Source: Nitrospira sp. (GTDB lineage: Bacteria > Nitrospirota > Thermodesulfovibrionia > UBA6902). From it: a stretch of DNA of 64,000 nucleotides. The notes under the pieces were generated by a model, which did no database searches, had not been told where the DNA came from, and worked only from the letters and a program-made list of their open reading frames with translations. Made by a program: the position numbers and the translations under genes. Positions 1 to 7,207 of the stretch are shown here, piece by piece (position 1 is the stretch's first letter; each line of letters starts with the position of its first letter). The stretch is taken from contig JADHUV010000006.1 of assembly GCA_016784355.1 (NCBI GenBank), positions 28,372-92,371 of the forward strand, in the 5' to 3' direction.

Positions 1-7
1 TTTCACA

Positions 8-1948
8 TTACCGCCTTCCGTTATATGCTGGCAGCATAACCGATATATCGGTATATATGCCTTTGACGCTGTCTACTGTGAACCTTCCGCCATGGTTTTC
101 AATAATATTTTTGCAAATACATAGTGACAGGCTGGCACTTGCAACCGCCGCTTCTGCCGGACTCTGAGTGTTAATACGACTGTGTCTCATTTCATTTAAG
201 CCTGATCCATTATCGTAGATAGATATTTTAACATAAGGCTTACTCTCATGAATTGCCTTGCTTGCAGAAATTCGCATTATCTTCGAGCCGTTATCTTTAT
301 GCTTGTGGTTAAGGGCATATCTGGCATTGCGGATAATATTCATAAAGACATGTTCAATAAGGTTCGGCTGTATCATTACGGCAGGTATTTTTGAAGGGAT
401 ACTTACATCCAGGGTTATACCGTCTTTTGCAATCTGGGCAATAATAAGAGTAAGCGACTCTAGAATAACATCCTGAATTTCTGCGGGGCGTCTGCCTATT
501 TTATCATCATGGGCAAGGGTGAACAGGCTCCTTACGATACCGGCGATCCTGTTGCTTTCTTTTATTATGCGTGCTACGATCTCGCTTTCCCGGGAGTCAG
601 GTGCACTTTTATTTGCAATGATTCTAGCATAGTTCAGTATGCCGTTGATCGGGTTATTGATCTCGTGAGCAACCCCGCTGGTAAGCTCACTAAGCGCCGT
701 AAGATGCAGTGATTTTAATGCGTTTGATTCGGCTTGTCTTTGACCGGTGATATCCCTGACCATGACCATATAACCCATAAAGCCGCTATCTTCTGCCTTT
801 ATGTACGTTATGGACGCATTAATGAATGCCGTGCCTGAGCGAGTTGAATTGATGAGTGCTTCTGGAAATATAATCTCAGTTTCCACAGAGATGGTACCGC
901 TTTCGATAAGCCGCCTCTGGACTTCATCTGATACCTCCGCCATCTCAAAGAGGTTCAGCATGTTCAGGTCAGAAATATGATGGACGCCGAATATCTTTAA
1001 AGAAGCAGGGTTAGCATCTATGACCATGCCGGAAGGGTCATAGACAATAATTCCCTGAGGCGAACTTTCAAAGATACTCTTATATCTGTCTTCCCCGGGC
1101 AGTGGTCTGCAGTTGGCGGGCCAGTTTTCTTCCCGGGCAGCGGCCTGTTCAGCTGAAAAATGCATTATCTCAGAATTATTAAGGAGCTGTCTGTATTCCT
1201 CCAGCTCGGCCTCATTTTTTTTGCGCTGTGTGATATCGCTGGCCACGATGAGCAGAGCATCCTGCAGATTCGTCTCTATAGGCGTGTACGTCATGATTAC
1301 ATTGACAATATCCATGTTTTTTGTCAGAAACATCGCCTCCAATGAAGATGCGGTAGAGGTGTTGATGAACTTCGGAGCTATGGTCTGTGATGGATTAAGT
1401 TCAGGAGGCATCAGACGGTGCAGACTGATCACTCCGCTGCTTATTTCCCGCCTGGAGAATCCGAGGATCGCCTCACACCGGGTATTGCCCTGCAATATCT
1501 TTTCACGGTCAGTAATAAATATCATATTCGGTGAGATTTCTGTCAGCAGCTTAAAGTTGTTCTCAACCCTTTTTAAGGATTCAAAGGAGGACTGCAGATC
1601 TGCTTTAGCGGACTCCAGTGAAGAGGTCTCCCTCTGGAGGTTTTTGCGTGTCCTTATTACCTCAGCGGCGCTTTCTTTTGCTGATGACGCAAGTTCGAGG
1701 GTCTGTTCCTCTAGTAAGCATTCTTTATCTTTTTGGGCTGTTATGGTTTTATCAATCTTAAAGAGCACAGAAACAAGGACTCCAAAAAGAAAAAAAACCG
1801 CAGCATAAGGGATGAAAGTTGTAAAGTCCGGTAATGTGTGCATGGACATAGCAATATTGAAGGCATTGAATGCCGGAAATATTAGGGCAACGGTTAAGGT
1901 AATCAGAAAAATATAATTAAGATTTTTTTCGCGGAAAGGCATAATCAT
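8..1948 (-). CDS. Membrane sensor histidine kinase: two TM helices, coiled coil, two PAS domains, HisKA and HATPase_c
   Basis: H-box 'SGVAHEINNPINGILNYARII'. C-terminal HATPase_c G-boxes 'YDNGSGL' and 'ENHGGRF'. N-terminal hydrophobic helices. PAS-like segments in the middle. Confidence 0.85.
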   Translation of the reverse strand: MIMPFREKNLNYIFLITLTVALIFPAFNAFNIAMSMHTLPDFTTFIPYAAVFFLFGVLVSVLFKIDKTITAQKDKECLLEEQTLELASSAKESAAEVIRTRKNLQRETSSLESAKADLQSSFESLKRVENNFKLLTEISPNMIFITDREKILQGNTRCEAILGFSRREISSGVISLHRLMPPELNPSQTIAPKFINTSTASSLEAMFLTKNMDIVNVIMTYTPIETNLQDALLIVASDITQRKKNEAELEEYRQLLNNSEIMHFSAEQAAAREENWPANCRPLPGEDRYKSIFESSPQGIIVYDPSGMVIDANPASLKIFGVHHISDLNMLNLFEMAEVSDEVQRRLIESGTISVETEIIFPEALINSTRSGTAFINASITYIKAEDSGFMGYMVMVRDITGQRQAESNALKSLHLTALSELTSGVAHEINNPINGILNYARIIANKSAPDSRESEIVARIIKESNRIAGIVRSLFTLAHDDKIGRRPAEIQDVILESLTLIIAQIAKDGITLDVSIPSKIPAVMIQPNLIEHVFMNIIRNARYALNHKHKDNGSKIMRISASKAIHESKPYVKISIYDNGSGLNEMRHSRINTQSPAEAAVASASLSLCICKNIIENHGGRFTVDSVKGIYTDISVMLPAYNGRR

Positions 1949-2107
1949 TCTTATCCTGTAAGTATCGTAGTATTTAATGAAAAAGTAGTATCCATAAGCT
2001 ATGGAGCATATAGTAAGGCCAATCGATTTGATCTAATTAGCATAATAGCCCAATAATGGCGGGTCGTCAATGCTTTTGGCATAATCCTTTGAATACATAG
2101 GGAAATC

Positions 2108-2359
2108 ATGGTTCGATCGAAATTGCGGACATGGTATAATGCCTGTATGGAAGAATTTATGGCCAGGATACCTCTCGGATATTTAGTGCTCGCATGTCTT
2201 ACGCTCGGCCTTGCGCCTTTCAGTCCTCCGCATTTATTTGAGAAGCTTCAGATGCTTTTTCAGGGCAGACTGGTCCGGCCGTTAGACTGGTTTGATTTGA
2301 TCCTGCACGGGACTCCGTGGGTGATGCTGGTGATTAAGCTGTTTTATTTGAAGAGATGA
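2108..2359 (+). CDS. Hypothetical small hydrophobic protein (83 aa)
   Basis: ORF with an AGGGA-like RBS 5 nt upstream of the ATG. Two predicted hydrophobic helices. No recognisable family. Lies between convergent genes. Confidence 0.3.
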   Translation: MVRSKLRTWYNACMEEFMARIPLGYLVLACLTLGLAPFSPPHLFEKLQMLFQGRLVRPLDWFDLILHGTPWVMLVIKLFYLKR

Positions 2360-2408
2360 GGAGGTAGTTGCTGCATTGCCACTTTAAGTTGATGCGGCTG
2401 GTATAGTG

Positions 2409-3422
2409 TTAGTCTAATCCGAGTACGAATTTCTTTGTAATTGAAAATTTCCTTAACACGTTCTTCTCAATCACGAGTGGAAAGACTATCCCGCATGTTA
2501 TAGAGATGAAGGCAATTAGCTCGAATGGTGCTTGTATGTTTTTGAATACATGGCTAAACCCTATTCTTACTGCACTTTCAAATAGGGAGTGCAGTAGATA
2601 TATAGTCATTGAGTAATATCCAATTTGCAACAACATACTCTTTGTTCTTTTATCTAAAAGAGCCGCAATAGCATGGCTTGCATTAATTACAAATAACGAA
2701 CCACTAATACCAAGGAAAGTTTTAACGGGATAACCGTAATCGTATATGATGCGCACAGAGCTTCGCAACATATAGGCCAAAAAAAACATCATAACTGGAG
2801 CTAAAACATAACGCCAATCAGCGCCTATTGCTAATTTTGATAACTTCCCGCTCTCTCTAAGGATTGCCCCAAATACAAAAAATGGCATAAAGGACAATGC
2901 TCTGCCAAATACTAAATAGTCATTTCCAAGAAAAAAATTAATGGCCAACAATAAGAACATTATGGACAGGTTACTCAGAAATAATCTGGCTAACGGATAA
3001 ATAGCAAATATCAAAAACAATGCATGTAAGAACCAAAGCAGTGGCATGAATGAATGCATTGGATCGATTAGGAGAGCATATATGCTCTCAATATTTATGG
3101 GATTCCATAATGTGATGAACTGACCTGCCACATACTTAATTAGGAAAAATGATCCGGCAATCGAAATGAATGGATATATTAATCGCTTAACCTTATTTTT
3201 CATTAAACTGCTGTATGAATATTTACCATGACTGTATAAATATCCTGATAAGATAAAGAACAACGGCATGTGAAAAAAATAAATAATTGTCCTTATCTCA
3301 GCCCAGTATGTCGGTGATGGCTTTAGATGGCAATGTCCAATCACTACTAAAATTATGCCTATGCCTTTTGCTATATGTATCCAATCAAAAGAATTCCGGC
3401 CAGTACCTGGGTTCATTTGCAT
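2409..3422 (-). CDS. Acyltransferase family 3 (OafA/YrhL-like) integral membrane O-acyltransferase
   Basis: About 10 TM helices. N-terminal 'RNSFDWIHIAKGIGIILVVIGHC' and 'FFHMPLFFILSGYL' motifs are typical of the Acyl_transf_3 family. Confidence 0.8.
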   Translation of the reverse strand: MQMNPGTGRNSFDWIHIAKGIGIILVVIGHCHLKPSPTYWAEIRTIIYFFHMPLFFILSGYLYSHGKYSYSSLMKNKVKRLIYPFISIAGSFFLIKYVAGQFITLWNPINIESIYALLIDPMHSFMPLLWFLHALFLIFAIYPLARLFLSNLSIMFLLLAINFFLGNDYLVFGRALSFMPFFVFGAILRESGKLSKLAIGADWRYVLAPVMMFFLAYMLRSSVRIIYDYGYPVKTFLGISGSLFVINASHAIAALLDKRTKSMLLQIGYYSMTIYLLHSLFESAVRIGFSHVFKNIQAPFELIAFISITCGIVFPLVIEKNVLRKFSITKKFVLGLD

Positions 3423-3827
3423 ATGTGCCTTCTCTCATTATAACGAAATGGAAAGAGATGTAACTCTATAAAATAAGGAACCACTTCAAACCCTCTATGA
3501 TTGATAAATGTGAAAAAGCCTATCGAGATCTGTATTCACTTGTACGGCTTGTTATAACGCTTTTAAAATTTGTTTTTGAAACAGAGCTATCAGTTTGCTT
3601 GCGTTGCATCATAAATTAAAGTTTATATCGCGACAAAATACACGTGCGATCACCTAGCTTAGTCAACTTTTTGCTGTTAATGGCCAAATAAAAGTGTGGT
3701 CCGATGTCAATAGTGGACACTAATTCATTTATGCCGAACTGCATAATTTATTTCTGGTGATTCAGGGAGCAATACTGACTTCCCCGATCCGAATGATTAA
3801 TTAGTCCTTTGGCGGTCTCTGTAATAC

Positions 3828-3848
3828 GTAGGGGCTCCCCTTGCGTAA
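3828..3848. repeat. GTAGGGGC motif followed by an imperfect dyad (AGGGGCTCCCCT)
   Basis: Shares the GTAGGGGC head with the elements at 4527-4552 and 4593-4617. Confidence 0.4.
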
Positions 3849-3884
3849 GGAACAGGTCTTGTGATATTGCTAATAAAAAAAGCG

Positions 3885-3908
3885 AATATCGAATAAGCAA
3901 TATCGAAT
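3885..3908. repeat. Direct repeat AATATCGAAT x2 (period 14), with a related inverted copy AATCGATAT near 3970
   Basis: Exact 10-mer at 3885-3894 and 3899-3908. Partial inverted copy within 'ttcgacaatcgatatgc' at 3963-3979. Intergenic, upstream of the acyltransferase gene. Confidence 0.45.
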
Positions 3909-4063
3909 GATGAAGTGAACGGCCGAAAGAATATGATCCTTTTTTGCGCTTCTACATTCGAAATTCGACAATCGATATGCTCCTTTTAATCTTACCTATG
4001 GACATTAAGGGTATTTGAAGTATTTTGAATTTGTGGAGTGCGTAGACCTGCCACCCCTCGCAG

Positions 4064-4465
4064 CTACACCTGCATCTCCACCTCTAAATATATCTCTTTA
4101 TCCTGATCGTCTGCTCCGCTAATCCTCTGAATCCTCGCGGTCAGCTGTACCCCGCGATCCATCATCTGCGCCACGGTGGAACTGTCAGTTCGGGGGATGT
4201 ATCCGAGTTTGTCACGTCCCCTGAATACCTGCACGGCATCATAATCATAAGGGTTAGAGGGTTCGCGCAAAAGGCTCAGGCGGTCGCCTGTCCTGATTCG
4301 ATCGCTGATCTCGGAGCCTCTGTAATATTTAAAGCCGGCAAGGTTTGTTTCGAGAAAGGGTATCAGGCGTGCATGGGATGTTGGTTTTTTTCTGAGGGAT
4401 GAGGGCAGGAGCATGGCTGCCGGGATGAATAAAAAGGATTTCAGGATGTTTCTTCTGTTTGTCAT
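4064..4465 (-). CDS. Secreted (twin-arginine signal) HIRAN-like domain protein, 133 aa
   Basis: Start chosen at an internal ATG (4463-4465) with GGAGG 7 nt upstream; the ORF track extends it to 4609. N-terminus 'MTNRRNILKSFLFIPAAMLLP' fits the Tat consensus. 'GFKYYRGSE...LLREPSNPYDYDAVQV...LGYIP' matches the HIRAN signature NPYD.NA..V. Confidence 0.6.
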   Translation of the reverse strand: MTNRRNILKSFLFIPAAMLLPSSLRKKPTSHARLIPFLETNLAGFKYYRGSEISDRIRTGDRLSLLREPSNPYDYDAVQVFRGRDKLGYIPRTDSSTVAQMMDRGVQLTARIQRISGADDQDKEIYLEVEMQV

Positions 4466-4526
4466 TGTAACCTCCGTTTTTATGTTATGTACTATCGTAC
4501 CTCGGGCACTATGACATAGAGTGACG

Positions 4527-4552
4527 TAGTAGGGGCGTAGCTTGCTACGCCC
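4527..4552. repeat. TAGGGGC head plus a perfect hairpin GGGCGTAGC-TT-GCTACGCCC
   Basis: 9-bp inverted repeat read directly from the sequence. Lies in the HIRAN gene 5' region. Confidence 0.5.
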
Positions 4553-4592
4553 AGAACATGGATGAACATGAGAACATTGAATGACAAATGAT

Positions 4593-4617
4593 GTAGGGGC
4601 AGGTTTCAAACCTGCCC
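4593..4617. repeat. GTAGGGGCAGGTTTCAAACCTGCCC palindromic element, copy 1
   Basis: 10-bp inverted repeat GGGCAGGTTT/AAACCTGCCC. Near-identical copy at 60173-60197 in opposite orientation. Sits 15 nt downstream of the WYL gene stop. Confidence 0.6.
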
Positions 4618-4631
4618 AGTTTAACTAATTG

Positions 4632-5600
4632 CTAATATACCTTCCCCATCCTCTCAATCGCTCCCTTCACTTCCTCAACAAGCGCTTTCGGGGAAATAAC
4701 CTTTACATTCGGGCCGTGGCTTAGAATGCGTTTGATCAGTTCTTTGAAATCTGCTGCGTGCAATTGCATAAGCAGTGAACCGTCTTTTTTGGAAGTGATT
4801 ATTTGCTCAGGGTGCCAGATCTGTTCCTGTATGAGGGGGGCGATTGAGGGTGAAAATTGCAGGGTTACTTTGTGTGTTTTTCCGCCCTGAATTATGCCGA
4901 AGTGTTTGCGGGTATATTCTTTCATGGGCGGGATATTATCCGGCAGAGAGATCTTTTCACTGGTGCGTTCGATGGTTTGTATTCTGGACAGTGCAAAGTT
5001 CCTTACTCCGTTTCGTAATGCACAGAAGGCGATTATCTGCCAGCTTCCCATGTACTGAATGAGGTGCAGGGGCATTATGGTCCTTTGCGTTGAGGTGCCG
5101 GAATGTGGGGAGCAATAGGTGATATCAAGGGGTGATTTTTGAAACAGGGCGGTGACGACTTTGGTGAAGTGTTTTTCATTTACCCTGGAGTATTCTATGT
5201 TTTTGACTGATATGTTTTCGGCTATATCTTTAAAACTCAGGGCGTTGTCAAAGGACTGCTGTCTAAACAGTTCCTGTAAAAGTGCGCAGAGCTGTTTTTT
5301 TATATCGCTGTCAGGTATGGAAGAGGCTAGTCTTACGGCCAGGGACAGGGCTATGATGCTGTCTTCATTGAGCCAGAGGGAGGGCAGTTCGTATGTGCTG
5401 TCGCTGTAGTAGTATCCCTTTCCGGTATAGTCATATTCAAGAGGGGCATGAATCCTGTCGCGCATAAATTCGATGGTGCGCTGTGCCGTGCGGTAGGAGA
5501 TCTCGAATCTTTCAGCAATATGACGGGCATTGGGAAACCTGCCTGAGCGTACTTTATTGTGAAACCAGATGAACCTCTCTAAATGGAATTTATCGCCCAT
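4632..5600 (-). CDS. WYL-domain transcriptional regulator (YafY/PafBC-like: wHTH + WYL + WCX)
   Basis: N-terminal HTH 'ARHIAERFEISYRTAQRTIEFM'. Central WYL-like core 'IMPLHLIQYMGSWQIIAFC'. C-terminal extension. About 320 aa, typical of this family. Confidence 0.8.
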   Translation of the reverse strand: MGDKFHLERFIWFHNKVRSGRFPNARHIAERFEISYRTAQRTIEFMRDRIHAPLEYDYTGKGYYYSDSTYELPSLWLNEDSIIALSLAVRLASSIPDSDIKKQLCALLQELFRQQSFDNALSFKDIAENISVKNIEYSRVNEKHFTKVVTALFQKSPLDITYCSPHSGTSTQRTIMPLHLIQYMGSWQIIAFCALRNGVRNFALSRIQTIERTSEKISLPDNIPPMKEYTRKHFGIIQGGKTHKVTLQFSPSIAPLIQEQIWHPEQIITSKKDGSLLMQLHAADFKELIKRILSHGPNVKVISPKALVEEVKGAIERMGKVY

Positions 5601-5647
5601 GAGAAATGCTTTTTTCAGATAATTTTTTCAGGTTCCCTGCCGGCGGG

Positions 5648-5983
5648 TTATTTATTTAAGAGGCTGTAAAGGCGGCCGGCGGTCTCAAAGGCTGAGAGCG
5701 GGGTGCTCATAATTACAACTTTTTCAGAAGCGGCCTTTTCTAGTACGTCATACTGAGGGCTTCTGCCGCCTATAGTAATAATGGCTGCCGCATTTTTAAG
5801 GCTTGCGATCGCCACTATGTTCATGTGTATTTGAAGAGTGATCCAGATGTTTCCCTGTTGCAGATTGCCCATGACATCTGAGAGGAGGTCGCTTACATAT
5901 GCGCCTGTTACCTCGGTTGAGAGTTTGTCCTTGCATGTCTTTACCTGCAGTTGCAGTTCATCAATCGCATCAGATATTTTCAT
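5648..5983 (-). CDS. DRTGG domain protein
   Basis: 'YVSDLLSDVMGN...IWITLQIHMNIVAIASL...AAIITIGGRSP' matches the DRTGG fold. Good RBS AGGGAGGA upstream. Confidence 0.7.
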   Translation of the reverse strand: MKISDAIDELQLQVKTCKDKLSTEVTGAYVSDLLSDVMGNLQQGNIWITLQIHMNIVAIASLKNAAAIITIGGRSPQYDVLEKAASEKVVIMSTPLSAFETAGRLYSLLNK

Positions 5984-6012
5984 GGTTAATCCTCCCTTAT
6001 TATGCTTACGGC

Positions 6013-6468
6013 TTACTCTTTAATCAGGTTCATTGTCATCTCTACTGTTGTACCTTCTCCAACAACAGAGTCGAGCAGGAAGGTGTCTGCATTTTTTTTC
6101 ATATTCGGCAGGCCCATGCCGGCACCCCAGCCCATATTGCGTACCCATTCAGGGGCGGTCGAGTAGCCTTCCTGCATGGCACGATTCGTATCCTCTATGC
6201 CGGGTCCCATGTCCTGTACTCGGATTTTTATATACTCATCCGTGACCTCATAAAATAGCTGTCCGGCCGCGGCATATATGATTACATTCATCTCGGCTTC
6301 AAAGGTGGCTATCGCTATGCGGCGTATGATATCCCCATCGACTCCGAGGTCTGTAAGCACGGTCTTAACCTCAGATGAGGCCTCTCCTGCTGTGGTGAAG
6401 TTGCCTCCTATAATTTGAAAGCTTCCCTCTATTGGCATTTTATCCTGATTCATATTAACCGCATCCAT
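6013..6468 (-). CDS. HATPase-like ATP-binding protein (anti-sigma-factor / RsbW-type serine kinase-like)
   Basis: G-boxes 'DMGPGI' and 'GWGAGMG' in a protein of about 150 aa. Sits between two DRTGG genes. Confidence 0.65.
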   Translation of the reverse strand: MDAVNMNQDKMPIEGSFQIIGGNFTTAGEASSEVKTVLTDLGVDGDIIRRIAIATFEAEMNVIIYAAAGQLFYEVTDEYIKIRVQDMGPGIEDTNRAMQEGYSTAPEWVRNMGWGAGMGLPNMKKNADTFLLDSVVGEGTTVEMTMNLIKE

Positions 6469-6796
6469 TTAGATCATATTTAAAAAGAATGCCGGAGGCC
6501 TTGTACATGCACAGTGAGGTGTTTAGAAGAGGTATTTTTTTCTTTTGAGCCAGCTCAATAGTCGTAATATCAGGTTTTTTATTTTGTACGAAAAGAATGG
6601 CCTTGATACCGGCTATTTCCGCTGTCCTGACTACGTGAGGCTGAATAAGGCCGGTGATCAGGAGAGAATTTGCCTTGCAGTAATATAGTACATCGCTCAT
6701 CAGATCAGCGCTGCATGCATGCTGCACACTGATATCGATATCCCCTTCAGTCAGTACGGTTGCGTCAAGGGCTGTAATGATTTCTTTTAATGTCAC
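6455..6796 (-). CDS. DRTGG domain protein (second copy)
   Basis: 'SADLMSDVLYY...SLLITGLIQPHVVRTAEIAGIKAILFV' DRTGG-like. GTG start inferred from the ORF track. Confidence 0.6.
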   Translation of the reverse strand: MTLKEIITALDATVLTEGDIDISVQHACSADLMSDVLYYCKANSLLITGLIQPHVVRTAEIAGIKAILFVQNKKPDITTIELAQKKKIPLLNTSLCMYKASGILFKYDLNGCG

Positions 6797-6835
6797 TTGT
6801 TATCCGGTAGCGCGATTATTATAGTTTTAATAATA

Positions 6836-7207
6836 TCAGTTGCTTTCCACTGGGTCAACGGCATCTTTTACCGCATTTAAAAGAGTGTCCGGATTGAAGG
6901 GTTTCTGAAGATAGTTAAAGGCACCCATTCTGAGTGTGTCTACTGCTGTGTCTACAGTACTGTAACCGGTAATCATGATTACCTTTATCGAAGGATAGGT
7001 TTTTTTTATCATTTGCAGCACCTCCATCCCGTCCATGTCCGGCATCATAAGGTCCAGGAGCACGAGATCAAACGGCTCATTTTTCAGGAACTCTAATCCT
7101 TCTGCTCCTGTAGCTGTTGTTTTGATCTCATAGCCCTCGGGTTTGAGGCATCTTTCGCAACTGGTGCGTATTATGGGTTCGTCATCGATAACAAGTATTT
7201 TACTCAC
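6836..7207 (-). CDS. Single-domain response regulator (CheY-like receiver)
   Basis: 'ILVIDDEPIIR...DLVLLDLMMPDMDGMEVL...KVIMITGY'. Asp-acceptor and K motifs present. 4-nt overlap with the upstream kinase gene. Confidence 0.9.
   Translation of the reverse strand: MSKILVIDDEPIIRTSCERCLKPEGYEIKTTATGAEGLEFLKNEPFDLVLLDLMMPDMDGMEVLQMIKKTYPSIKVIMITGYSTVDTAVDTLRMGAFNYLQKPFNPDTLLNAVKDAVDPVESN

Noticed and set aside
4064-4609. Longer 181-aa version of the HIRAN-like ORF
   Set aside because: The upstream 48 codons have no RBS and would cover the hairpin repeats. The internal ATG at 4465 has a GGAGG 7 nt upstream and begins a coherent Tat signal peptide.
4527-4617. Hairpins as rho-independent terminators
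   Set aside because: There is no U-tract on either strand after the stems. They are treated as repeat elements instead.
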